This document shows, piece after piece, positions 19,622-28,882 of a DNA stretch of 64,000 nucleotides. The stretch spans positions 896,001 to 960,000 of the forward strand of contig OY969474.1 of assembly GCA_963700145.1 (NCBI GenBank), given 5' to 3'. Source of the stretch: an uncultured Acidobacteriota bacterium. Its GTDB lineage: Bacteria > Acidobacteriota > Thermoanaerobaculia > Multivoradales > UBA5704. How positions within the stretch are numbered: the first letter of the stretch is position 1; each line of letters begins with the position of its first letter. A model generated the notes under the pieces. The model was not told the DNA's origin, ran no database searches, and saw only the letters and a program-made list of their open reading frames with translations. The translations under genes and the position numbers were made by a program.

Positions 19622-21280
19622 ATGCCCAAAGTCACCATCAACGACCGCACGGTGGACGTGGAGCCGGGCACCAACCTCGTGCAGGCGGCGCTCAAGACCG
19701 GCATCCAGATCCCCCACTACTGCTACCACCCGCGGCTGTCGATCGTCGGCCAGTGCCGCATGTGCCTGGTCAAGGTCGAGGGGATGCCGAAGCTCCAGGC
19801 CGGCTGCTCGACGCTGGTCGTGAAGGACGGCATGGTCGTGCGCACCGACGTCCCCGAGGTGCGCGAGGCGCAGGCGGGGATGATGGAGTTCCTGCTCATC
19901 AACCACCCGCTCGACTGCCCGATCTGCGACCAGGCGGGCGAGTGCGGCCTGCAGGACTACGCCTTCAAGCACGGTGTCGCCTTCTCGCGCTTCCAGTTCG
20001 AGGACAAGCGGACCTACCCGGGGCGCGAGCGCATCCCGCTGGGCCCCAACGTCGTCCTCAACATGAACCGCTGCATCCAGTGCACGCGCTGCGTGCGCTT
20101 CACCGAGGAGGTGTCGCAGACCGGCTCCCTCGGCTTCTTCAACCGCGGCGCGCGCACCGAGATCGGCACCTTCCCGGGCAAGCCGCTGGACGACGACCTG
20201 GCCTCGAACGTCGTCGACATCTGCCCGGTCGGCGCGCTCACCTCGACCCGCTTCCGCTTCGCCGAGCGGGTCTTCTACCTCGACAGGAAGCCCTCGCTGT
20301 GCACCGGCTGCGAGGTGGGGTGCAACATCACGATCGAGCACCGGCGCGGCCAGATCAAGCGCTACAAGCCGCGCTTCAACCCCGACGTCAACGACTACTG
20401 GATGTGCGACTACGGGCGCGCCACCTTCGAGCGCTACCGGCAGCTGCCGCGCCTGGCGACACCGCGGGCGCCTTCTACACACAGCGGCAACGGTTCCCAA
20501 CCCACCGGCTGGCGCGAGGCGCTCGACGCCCTGGCGCGCGGCCTGCGGCAGCGCGGCCGCGAGGGGCCGGTGGCGTTCCTCGGCTCCGGCTTCCTGACCA
20601 ACGAGGAGGCCTATCTCTTCGCCGCCCTCGCCGACCTCCTGGGCACGCCGCACCGCTCGGTGCCGGTCGACCTCGGGCGGCCGCGCACGATCCCCAACCT
20701 GAAGGGCGGGATCACCGGCCGCGAGGTCGCGCCCAACCGGCGCGGCGCCGAGCTGGCGGGGCTGGCAACGGGCGACGGGGGCTTGGGCGCGAGCGACCTC
20801 CTCGACGGCGATGCCGCCGCGCGCTGCGCCGCGCTCGTCGTCTGCGACAGCGACTTCGGCGCCGCGGCGCACCGGCCGGAGGTCGTCGCGCGGCTGCGGC
20901 GCGCGCCCTTCCTCGCCGTCTTCGGCTGGGCCGACACGCCGCTGGCCAAGGCGGCGGACGTGGCGCTGCCGGTGGCGCACCACGCCGAGAAGGACGGGAC
21001 GTTCGTCAACGTCGAGTGGCGGGTGCAGCGCTTCGCGCGCGCCTTCCCGCCGCCGGCACAGGTGCGGACCGGCGTCGAGGCCCTCGCCGACCTGCTGTCG
21101 CGCTTCGACGCCCGCTGGGGCGGGCACGAAGCCGCCCGCGTCTTCGACCGCTTGGCGCGCGAGAACCCCGTCTTCGCCGCCCTCTCGTGGGACGACCTGC
21201 CGGCGACCGGCGCGCCGCTCAACGTGCCGGAGGCGGCGGCGCCGGCGGCGGTGGGGATCGCCGCGGAGGAGGACCTGTGA
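19622..21280 (+). CDS. nuoG: NADH:quinone oxidoreductase subunit G (short, 552 aa)
   Basis: N1b (CYHP, CRMC, AGC), N5 (HPLDCPICDQAGEC), N4 (CIQCTRC, CPVG) and N7 (CTGCEVGC...C) ligands. Confidence 0.93.
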   Translation: MPKVTINDRTVDVEPGTNLVQAALKTGIQIPHYCYHPRLSIVGQCRMCLVKVEGMPKLQAGCSTLVVKDGMVVRTDVPEVREAQAGMMEFLLINHPLDCPICDQAGECGLQDYAFKHGVAFSRFQFEDKRTYPGRERIPLGPNVVLNMNRCIQCTRCVRFTEEVSQTGSLGFFNRGARTEIGTFPGKPLDDDLASNVVDICPVGALTSTRFRFAERVFYLDRKPSLCTGCEVGCNITIEHRRGQIKRYKPRFNPDVNDYWMCDYGRATFERYRQLPRLATPRAPSTHSGNGSQPTGWREALDALARGLRQRGREGPVAFLGSGFLTNEEAYLFAALADLLGTPHRSVPVDLGRPRTIPNLKGGITGREVAPNRRGAELAGLATGDGGLGASDLLDGDAAARCAALVVCDSDFGAAAHRPEVVARLRRAPFLAVFGWADTPLAKAADVALPVAHHAEKDGTFVNVEWRVQRFARAFPPPAQVRTGVEALADLLSRFDARWGGHEAARVFDRLARENPVFAALSWDDLPATGAPLNVPEAAAPAAVGIAAEEDL

Positions 21281-22293
21281 GCGACGATCTCGCGATCACC
21301 GTCGCCAAGATGGCGGTGATGCTCGGGATCATGTTCAACGTCGCGCCGATCATGAACTGGGTCGAGCGGCGGGCGGCGGCGCTGATCCAGGACCGCCCGG
21401 GCCCCAACCGCGTCGGCCCGCTCGGCCTCTTCCAGCCGCTCGCCGACGCCGTCAAGTTCCTCTTCAAAGAGGACCTGACGCCCAACAACGTCGACAAGCC
21501 GCTCTACCTGATGGCGCCGGTCCTGGCGCTCCTCCCCGCCTTCTCGACCTACACGGTGATCCCCTTCGGCCCGGATCTGACGATCGACGGCCGCACCGTC
21601 CGGCTGGTGGTGGCCGACGTCGACGCCGGCGTCCTCCTCTTCCTCGCCCTCTCGAGCCTCGGCGTCTACTCGATGGTCATCGCCGGGTACGCCTCGAACA
21701 ACAAGTTTTCGCTCATCGCCGGCATCCGCGCCTCGGCGCAGATGGTGAGCTACGAGCTGGCGCTGACGGTCGCCGTGGTGGCGACGATCATGCCGGTCGG
21801 CTCGTTCCACCTCGGCGACGTCGTCGCCTACCAGCGCGAGCACGTGTGGATGGCCTTGACCCAGCCGATCGGCTTCCTGGTCTTCATCGTCTGCGCCTTC
21901 GCCGAGACCAACCGCCTCCCCTTCGACCTGGCGGAAGCGGAGTCGGAGCTCATCGCCGGCTTCCACACCGAGTACAGCGCCATGCGCTTCGCGGCCTTCT
22001 TCATGGCCGAGTACACCTCGATGGCGGCGCTCTCGGCGCTCGGCGTCACCCTCTACCTGGGCGGCTGGAGCCTGCCGGGGGTGGACCTCCAGGGGTGGCC
22101 GGGGGCGGCGCTCGGCGTCGCCGTCCTGGTCGGCAAGATCGCGCTCTGCATGATGGTCTTCGTCTGGGTGCGCTGGAGCGTGCCGCGCTTCCGCTACGAC
22201 CAGCTCATGCGGCTGGGGTGGAAGGTGCTGCTGCCGCTGGCGCTGCTCAACGCCGTCGCGGTGGCGGCGATGGTCCTGGCGGGGTGGCTCTAG
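21277..22293 (+). CDS. nuoH: NADH:quinone oxidoreductase subunit H
   Basis: ERR...IQDRPGPNRVG, QPLADAVK, AETNRLPFDLAEAESEL, PRFRYDQLM. Confidence 0.96.
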   Translation: MSDDLAITVAKMAVMLGIMFNVAPIMNWVERRAAALIQDRPGPNRVGPLGLFQPLADAVKFLFKEDLTPNNVDKPLYLMAPVLALLPAFSTYTVIPFGPDLTIDGRTVRLVVADVDAGVLLFLALSSLGVYSMVIAGYASNNKFSLIAGIRASAQMVSYELALTVAVVATIMPVGSFHLGDVVAYQREHVWMALTQPIGFLVFIVCAFAETNRLPFDLAEAESELIAGFHTEYSAMRFAAFFMAEYTSMAALSALGVTLYLGGWSLPGVDLQGWPGAALGVAVLVGKIALCMMVFVWVRWSVPRFRYDQLMRLGWKVLLPLALLNAVAVAAMVLAGWL

Positions 22294-22301
22294 GCGGCGC
22301 G

Positions 22302-22799
22302 ATGGAGACCGCGGTCTTCGCGCTCTTCGCCTTCCTGGCGCTCGGCTCGGCGCTGGTCGTCGTCGTCCACCGCAACCCGATCTACTCGCTGATGAGCCTG
22401 GTGCTGACGCTGTTCTCGGTGGCGGTGCTCTTCGTGCTGCTGGGGGCGCCGTTCATCGCCGCGCTCCAGGTGCTGATCTACGCCGGCGCCATCCTGGTGC
22501 TCTTCCTCTTCGTCGTCATGCTGCTCAACCTGCAGCGCGAGGAGAGCCCGGGCGGGCAGGCGGCGCAGCGCTGGGCGGCGGTGCTCGGCGCGGGCCTCTT
22601 CGGCGGCATGCTCGCCACCCTCTTCTGGCGCACCTACCGCGAGGTGGACGCGCCGCCGCTCTCCGAGCGCTTGGTCTCGCTCCACGCCCTGGCGCGCGCG
22701 CTGTTCGAAGAGATGCTGCTGCCGTTCGAGATCGTCGGGCTCCTGTTGCTGGTCGCGGTGGTGGCCGCGACGGTCCTGGCGCGGAGGGTGGAGCCGTGA
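22302..22799 (+). CDS. nuoJ: NADH:quinone oxidoreductase subunit J
   Basis: NPIYS, QVLIYAGAILVLFLFVVMLL, LPFEIVGLLLL. Confidence 0.94.
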   Translation: METAVFALFAFLALGSALVVVVHRNPIYSLMSLVLTLFSVAVLFVLLGAPFIAALQVLIYAGAILVLFLFVVMLLNLQREESPGGQAAQRWAAVLGAGLFGGMLATLFWRTYREVDAPPLSERLVSLHALARALFEEMLLPFEIVGLLLLVAVVAATVLARRVEP

Positions 22800-23104
22800 C
22801 CGCGGTCCCCATCTCCTGGTACCTGCTGCTGGCCGCCGTCCTCTTCGCCATCGGCACGGCCGGCGCGCTGACCCGGCGCAACGGCATCGCCATCTTCCTC
22901 TCGATCGAGCTGATGCTCAACGCCGCCAACCTGGCGCTCGTCTCCTACTCCCGCCTCTGGGACGACCACACCGGCCAGCTCGTCGTCTTCTTCGTCATGG
23001 CGGTGGCCGCCGCGGAGGCGGCGGTGGGGCTGGCGCTCTTCATCGCCATCTACCGCCAGCGGCGGACCATCGATCTCAACCGCATCAACCTGATGCGCTG
23101 GTAA
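22796..23104 (+). CDS. nuoK: NADH:quinone oxidoreductase subunit K
   Basis: IELMLNAANL, VAAAEAAVGLAL. Confidence 0.96.
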   Translation: MTAVPISWYLLLAAVLFAIGTAGALTRRNGIAIFLSIELMLNAANLALVSYSRLWDDHTGQLVVFFVMAVAAAEAAVGLALFIAIYRQRRTIDLNRINLMRW

Positions 23105-25044
23105 TGAGCGCCATCGACCTCATCTGGCTGATTCCGCTGCTGCCCTTCGCCGGGGCGGCGGTGAACGGTCTCGCGGTGCGCGCGCCGAAATGGCTGGTCA
23201 CCGCCGTCGGGGTCGGCTTCCCGCTCGCCACGCTGGCGCTGTCGCTCGTCTGCCTGCTCGAGTACGCGATGCTCTGGCCGCGGGCGCTCGACCGGGTCCT
23301 CTATCAGTGGACCGCCGGCGAGCTGGCGATCGACGTCGCCTTCCTCCTCGACCCGCTCTCGGCGGTGATGCTCTTCGTCGTCACCTTCGTCGGCTTCTGG
23401 ATCCACCTCTACTCCGTCGGCTACATGGCGCACGAGCCGGGGTACCGGCGCTACTTCGCGTACCTCAACCTCTTCCTCGGCGCGATGCTCCTGCTCGTCC
23501 TGGGCAACAACTTCCTGGTCCTCTTCGTCGGCTGGGAGGGTGTCGGGCTCTGCTCGTACCTCCTGATCGGCTTCTACTACGACCAGAAGTTCCCGCCCTA
23601 CGCCGGCAAGAAGGCGTTCATCGTCAACCGCATCGGCGACTTCGCCTTCCTCGTCGGGCTCTTCGCGCTGTTCGCCGAGTTCGGCACCCTGGACTTCCGC
23701 CTCCTCTTCCCCCAGATCGCCGCGAGCGCGGCCGCCACGGCGCCCTACGCCCTCGGCCTGTCCTTCGCCGGCTTCGTCGCGCTCTGCCTCTTCGTCGGCG
23801 CGGTCGGCAAGAGCGCGCAGATCCCGCTCTACGTCTGGCTGCCCGACGCGATGGCCGGGCCGACGCCGGTCTCGGCGCTGATTCATGCCGCGACGATGGT
23901 CACCGCCGGCGTCTACGTCGTGGCGCGCAGCAACGTCCTCTACCAGCTCGCGCCGGAGGTGTCGCTAACCGTCGCCGTCATCGGCGCGGCGACGGCGCTC
24001 TTCGCCGCCACGATCGGCATGGCGCAGAACGACATCAAGAAGGTCCTCGCCTACTCGACCGTCTCGCAGCTCGGCTACATGTTCCTGGCGCTCGGCGTCG
24101 GGGCCTACACCGCGGCGATCTTCCACCTCGTGACCCACGCCTTCTTCAAGGCCCTCCTCTTCCTGGGCTCCGGGTCGGTGATCCACGCCATGGGCGGCGA
24201 GCAGGACATGCGGCGGATGGGCGGGTTGAAGAAGCACCTGCCCATCACCTACTGGACCTTCGTCATCGGCGCGCTGGCGATCGCCGGCGTCCCCGGCTTC
24301 GCCGGCTTCTTCTCGAAGGACGAGATCCTTCACGCCGCGGCGGCAGGAGGCCACTGGTGGCTCTGGGCGGTGGGTCTCCTGACCGCCGGGCTGACCGCCT
24401 TCTACATGTTCCGCGCCGTGCACCTGACCTTCCACGGGGAGTTCCGCGGCACCGAGGAGCAGAAGCACCACCTCCACGAGTCGCCCTGGGTGATGACCCT
24501 GCCGCTCGGCGTGCTGGCGGTGGGCGCCGTCGTCGCCGGCTACGTCGGCCTGCCGCCGCTCCTCACCGGCGGCCGCGACTTGAACTGGTTCCACCACGTC
24601 CTCCACCCCGTCGTGGCGGAGCTGCCGGGCGGCCATGCGGCGCACGAGCTGGGAACGCTCGCCGAGTGGGGGCTGGTGCTGATCGCGGTGGCGGCGGCGG
24701 CCGCCGGCATCGCCCTCGCCTGGCGCCTCTACGGCAGCGGCCGCGGCCCCGACGGCGACCGCGCGCTGGCGCAGCGCGCGCCGCGCCTCCACGGCCTGCT
24801 CGAGAACAAGTACTACGTGGACGAGGTCTACGACCGGCTGATCGTGCGGCCGCTGCACTTCCTGGCCAAGGTCTTCTGGAAGGGTGTGGACGCGCTGCTC
24901 ATCGACGGCACGATCAACCTGGGCGCCGCGCTCACCGAGCTGACCGGCGACGTCGCCCGCTTCTCCACCACCGGCAACGTCCGCAACTACGCCCTCTACT
25001 TCTTCCTCGGCGTCCTGGCGCTCTTCTGGTGGGTGCTGCTCTAG
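23104..25044 (+). CDS. nuoL: NADH:quinone oxidoreductase subunit L
   Basis: WEGVGLCSYLLIGF, KSAQIPLYVWLPDAMAGPTPVSALIHAATMV, HAFFKALLFL. Confidence 0.97.
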   Translation: MSAIDLIWLIPLLPFAGAAVNGLAVRAPKWLVTAVGVGFPLATLALSLVCLLEYAMLWPRALDRVLYQWTAGELAIDVAFLLDPLSAVMLFVVTFVGFWIHLYSVGYMAHEPGYRRYFAYLNLFLGAMLLLVLGNNFLVLFVGWEGVGLCSYLLIGFYYDQKFPPYAGKKAFIVNRIGDFAFLVGLFALFAEFGTLDFRLLFPQIAASAAATAPYALGLSFAGFVALCLFVGAVGKSAQIPLYVWLPDAMAGPTPVSALIHAATMVTAGVYVVARSNVLYQLAPEVSLTVAVIGAATALFAATIGMAQNDIKKVLAYSTVSQLGYMFLALGVGAYTAAIFHLVTHAFFKALLFLGSGSVIHAMGGEQDMRRMGGLKKHLPITYWTFVIGALAIAGVPGFAGFFSKDEILHAAAAGGHWWLWAVGLLTAGLTAFYMFRAVHLTFHGEFRGTEEQKHHLHESPWVMTLPLGVLAVGAVVAGYVGLPPLLTGGRDLNWFHHVLHPVVAELPGGHAAHELGTLAEWGLVLIAVAAAAAGIALAWRLYGSGRGPDGDRALAQRAPRLHGLLENKYYVDEVYDRLIVRPLHFLAKVFWKGVDALLIDGTINLGAALTELTGDVARFSTTGNVRNYALYFFLGVLALFWWVLL

Positions 25045-25073
25045 TGAAGCGGCATGCGCAAATCGGCACCCCT

Positions 25074-25190
25074 TGTCATCCCGAGCGTGAGCGAGGGATC
25101 TGGGCGGGGGGCGGTGCGACAGACGCCACGAGCCCGAGAGGTCTTCACGCCACCCTTCCCCCAGATCCCTCGCTCACGCTCGGGATGACA
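25074..25190. repeat. REP-like palindromic element, complete hairpin
   Basis: 31-bp perfect inverted repeat TGTCATCCCGAGCGTGAGCGAGGGATCTGGG / CCCAGATCCCTCGCTCACGCTCGGGATGACA between nuoL and nuoM. Confidence 0.9.
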
Positions 25191-25207
25191 GGACGAGAGT
25201 GGTAGCC

Positions 25208-26785
25208 ATGCTGGATCTCCTTCTCGGCTCCACTTTGACCCGCTTGGTCTTCTTCCCGGCCGCCGCCTGTCTGCCGCTCCTCTTCATCCCCCGCGGGTCG
25301 CAGAAGGCGGTCAAGTGGTACACACTGGTCGTCTCGCTCGTCGAGCTGGCCTTCGCGATCGACCTCGCGGCGCGCGCCGACTGGGGGGCGCGCGTGCTGC
25401 GCGACCTCGGGGCCGGCGGCGAGCCGATCGCCTGGGTGCCGCGCTTCGGCATCGCCTACGACCTGCGCATGGACGGCATCTCGACGCCGCTGGCGCTCCT
25501 CGGCGTGGCGCTCCTGCCCGCCGTCGTGCTCGGCTCCTGGCGCGGCATCGAGCGGCACTGGCGGCTCTTCGCGGCGGCGCTTTTCCTGCTCACCACCGGC
25601 GTCCTCGGCACCCTCTTCGCCTGGGACATGTTCCTCTTCTACGTCTTCTGGGAAGTGATGCTGGTGCCGATGTACCTGCTGATCGGTATCTGGGGGGGCG
25701 AGCGGCGGATCTACGCCGCGGTCAAGTTCTTTCTCTTCACCATGGCCGGCAGCCTCTTGATGCTGGTGGCGATCCTGTGGATGGCCTGGACCTACCACGG
25801 CCTGAGCGGCACCTGGAGCTTCGCCTACGCCGACTGGCTGCGCCTCGACCTGCCGCTGCCGGCGCAGCTCTGGCTCTTCGGCGCCTTCGGCCTCGCCTTC
25901 GCCATCAAGGTGCCGATGTTCCCGCTCCACACCTGGCTGCCGGACGCGCACGTCGAGGCGCCGACCGGCGGCTCGGTGCTGCTCGCCGGCATCCTCTTGA
26001 AGCTCGGCACCTACGGCTTCCTCCGCTTCGCGCTGCCGCTCTTCCCCGCCGCCAGCACAGAGCTCCAGCCGCTGATCGTCGGGCTGGCGCTGGTCGGCAT
26101 CCTCTACGGTGCGCTGGTGGCCTGGGTGCAGGTGGACATGAAGAAGCTGGTCGCCTACTCCTCGATCGCGCATTTGGGCTTCGTCATGCTCGGGCTCGCG
26201 GCGGCCGACCTCCTGGCCTGGCAGGGCGCGCTCCTGCAGATGGTCAACCACGGCCTCTCGACCGGGGCCCTCTTCCTCCTCGTCGGCATGCTCTACGACC
26301 GCCGGCACACCAAGCAGTTCGCGGACTTTGGCGGCCTCGCCAAGGTGATGCCGCTCTTCGCCTTCTTCCTGGTCTTCTCCGCGCTCGCCTCGGTGGGGCT
26401 GCCGGCGCTCAACGGCTTCGTCGGCGAGTTCCTGATCTTGGCCGGCAGCTACCGGGCGCTGGGCTGGCCGGCGGTGGCGGCGGCGTTCGGCGTCGTGCTG
26501 GCGGCCGTCTACCTCTTCAAGATGCTCGACCGCACTCTCTGGGGGCCGCTCGAGCGCGAGGAGAACCGCGGCCTGCGCGACCTCACGCCGCGCGAGGTGG
26601 CGGCGCTCCTGCCGCTCTGTGTGCTGATGCTCTGGATCGGCGTCGCGCCGCGCTTCTTCCTCGACCCCAGCAAGCCGGCGCTCGAGGAGACCTTGGCGGC
26701 CTACCAGGCGCGCGCCGCGGCGCCGGCGCCCGACGAGCCGGCGCTGCGCGAGCCGGTGCAGACGGTGCAGGAGGCCGCGCGGTGA
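25208..26785 (+). CDS. nuoM: NADH:quinone oxidoreductase subunit M
   Basis: FYVFWEVMLVPMY, KVPMFPLHTWLPDAHVEAP, LPALNGFVGEF. Confidence 0.96.
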   Translation: MLDLLLGSTLTRLVFFPAAACLPLLFIPRGSQKAVKWYTLVVSLVELAFAIDLAARADWGARVLRDLGAGGEPIAWVPRFGIAYDLRMDGISTPLALLGVALLPAVVLGSWRGIERHWRLFAAALFLLTTGVLGTLFAWDMFLFYVFWEVMLVPMYLLIGIWGGERRIYAAVKFFLFTMAGSLLMLVAILWMAWTYHGLSGTWSFAYADWLRLDLPLPAQLWLFGAFGLAFAIKVPMFPLHTWLPDAHVEAPTGGSVLLAGILLKLGTYGFLRFALPLFPAASTELQPLIVGLALVGILYGALVAWVQVDMKKLVAYSSIAHLGFVMLGLAAADLLAWQGALLQMVNHGLSTGALFLLVGMLYDRRHTKQFADFGGLAKVMPLFAFFLVFSALASVGLPALNGFVGEFLILAGSYRALGWPAVAAAFGVVLAAVYLFKMLDRTLWGPLEREENRGLRDLTPREVAALLPLCVLMLWIGVAPRFFLDPSKPALEETLAAYQARAAAPAPDEPALREPVQTVQEAAR

Positions 26786-28215
26786 CGGCGCAGCAGTGGT
26801 CGGCGCTGGTCCCCGAGCTGGTGCTCTGCGCCGGCGGCATCGTGATCCTGCTGCTCGACGCCTTCCTCCCCGGCCTGCGCCGCGCCTGGACCCCGGCCGC
26901 CCTCGCCACGACCGGCGCCGCCGGCTGGGCGGCTTGGGCGCGGCTCCCCTACGGCGCGAGCTTCGACGGGCTCCTGGAGGCGAGCCCGATCACCCTCGGC
27001 TTCTCGCTCGTCGTGCTGGTGGCGACGGCGCTCGCGCTCCTCGCCTCCGACGGCTACCTGCGGCGCGAGCGCATCCTCGCCGGCGAGTACCACGCCCTGC
27101 TCCTCTGGTGCGCCGCGGGGCTGCTGCTCATGCTGCGTGCCACCGAGCTCTTGACCCTCTTCCTGGCGCTCGAGACCCTCTCGCTCTGCCTCTACGCCCT
27201 CGCCGCCTACCACCGGCGGCTGGAGATCGGCACCGAGGGGGCGATCAAGTACTTCCTGATGGGGGCCTTCGTCAGCGCCTTCGTGCTCTTCGGGCTGGCG
27301 CTGCTCTACGGCGAGACCGGCACGACGCGCCTCGAAGGGATCGGCGCGGCGGTGCAGGCGGCGCAGGGGCCGTCGCTGGTGGCGAGCCTCGGGTTCCTCC
27401 TGCTCCTCGCCGGCTTCGGCTTCAAAATGAGCGTCGTCCCCTTCCATGCCTGGTCGCCCGACACCTATCAGGGCGCGCCGTCGCCTTTCGTCGGCTTCCT
27501 CTCAGTGGCGCCGAAGGTGGCGAGCGCGCTGGTCCTCTTCCGCATCCTGCAGGCGGCGGTGGCCGGCGGCGACGACGCCAAGTGGGCGGAGCTGGTGGGC
27601 ATCCTGGCGGTGCTCTCGATGGTGGCCGGGAATCTCCTCGCCCTGGTGCAGCGCGACATCAAGCGCATGCTCGCCTACTCCGGGATCGCCCACATGGGCT
27701 ACCTGCTGCTGGCGCTGGTGACACTGGACCGCGCCTCGCTGGCGCCGGTCCTGGTTTATCTCCTGGCCTACGCGCTGATGAACGCCGGCGCCTTCACCGT
27801 CGTTTCCCTCCTCTACTCGCGGCCCGGCGAGCAGCACCTGATCGCCGAGCTCTCGGGCTGGGGCTACCGCTTCCCGCTCCTCGGCGCCTGCCTGACCGTC
27901 TCGATGCTCTCGCTCGCCGGCCTGCCGCCGACCGTCGGCTTCCTCGGCAAGTACCTGGTCTTCCTCAACGCCGTCGGCGACGGCTTCGTGGGGCTGGCGG
28001 TGGTCGGCGTCCTCGCCAGCCTGGTGGGCGTCGTCTACTACCTGCGCGTCGTCTACGTCCTCTACATGAAGCCCGAGACCCGCCAGCCGGAGGGGCTGCT
28101 GCTCGACGGCTGGGGGCGGGCGGCGGCGGTGCTCGCCGCGATCGCCACGCTGGTGCTCGGGCTCTGGCCCTCCGGGCTCATCGAGTGGACGCTCCAGGCG
28201 ACGCTGCCGCGCTGA
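26782..28215 (+). CDS. nuoN: NADH:quinone oxidoreductase subunit N
   Basis: EGAIKYFLMG, FKMSVVPFHAWSPDTYQGAP, KRMLAYSGIAH, SLAGLPPTVGFLGK. Confidence 0.96.
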   Translation: MTAQQWSALVPELVLCAGGIVILLLDAFLPGLRRAWTPAALATTGAAGWAAWARLPYGASFDGLLEASPITLGFSLVVLVATALALLASDGYLRRERILAGEYHALLLWCAAGLLLMLRATELLTLFLALETLSLCLYALAAYHRRLEIGTEGAIKYFLMGAFVSAFVLFGLALLYGETGTTRLEGIGAAVQAAQGPSLVASLGFLLLLAGFGFKMSVVPFHAWSPDTYQGAPSPFVGFLSVAPKVASALVLFRILQAAVAGGDDAKWAELVGILAVLSMVAGNLLALVQRDIKRMLAYSGIAHMGYLLLALVTLDRASLAPVLVYLLAYALMNAGAFTVVSLLYSRPGEQHLIAELSGWGYRFPLLGACLTVSMLSLAGLPPTVGFLGKYLVFLNAVGDGFVGLAVVGVLASLVGVVYYLRVVYVLYMKPETRQPEGLLLDGWGRAAAVLAAIATLVLGLWPSGLIEWTLQATLPR

Positions 28216-28242
28216 GGGCCGGCCGATAGGCGGCAGACGCTG

Positions 28243-28866
28243 ATGAGCGTGCCGGAAGAGGTCTCGCCGCTCACCCTCAACCGGCTCTCGGTCTACCTCC
28301 GCTGCCTCAGCCACCTGCAGGAGCTGGGGACCCGGCGGATCTCCTCGCAGGAGCTGGCGCGCCGCTACCACCTCTCGGCGGCGCAGATCCGCAAGGACCT
28401 GGCGCAGTTCGGCGAGTTCGGCATCCGCGGCGTCGGCTATGAGGTGGACACGCTGGCGGCGCACCTCAACGCGCTGCTCGGATTGGACCGCCGGCATCCG
28501 ATCGTGATCGTCGGCATGGGCAACCTGGGGAGTGCCCTGGCGCGCTCCCTCGGCTTCAACTCCGGGGCGTTCGAGGTGGTTGCAGGGGTGGACACCGACC
28601 CCAAGGTCGTCGGCCGCCGTCTCAGCGGCCTCGTCGTGCGCCCCGTCGGCGAGCTGCGCGAGATCGTCCGCGAGACCCGCGCCGAGATCGGCGTCCTCGC
28701 CGTGCCAGCCGGCGCCGCGCAGGAGAACTACGACGCCCTGGCCGACGCCGGCGTCCGCGCCGTCCTCAACTTCGCCCCCGAGCGCGTGAAGCCGCGGGCG
28801 GGGGTGCAGCTCAAGGACGTTGATCTGCGGATCGATCTGGAGGAGCTGGCGTTTTTCCTGCGGTGA
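28243..28866 (+). CDS. rex: Redox-sensing transcriptional repressor Rex
   Basis: RLSVYLR, ISSQELA, QIRKDLAQFG...GVGY, GMGNLGSAL, LNFAP. Confidence 0.96.
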   Translation: MSVPEEVSPLTLNRLSVYLRCLSHLQELGTRRISSQELARRYHLSAAQIRKDLAQFGEFGIRGVGYEVDTLAAHLNALLGLDRRHPIVIVGMGNLGSALARSLGFNSGAFEVVAGVDTDPKVVGRRLSGLVVRPVGELREIVRETRAEIGVLAVPAGAAQENYDALADAGVRAVLNFAPERVKPRAGVQLKDVDLRIDLEELAFFLR

Positions 28867-28882
28867 GAAGCGTCGAGCTTCC

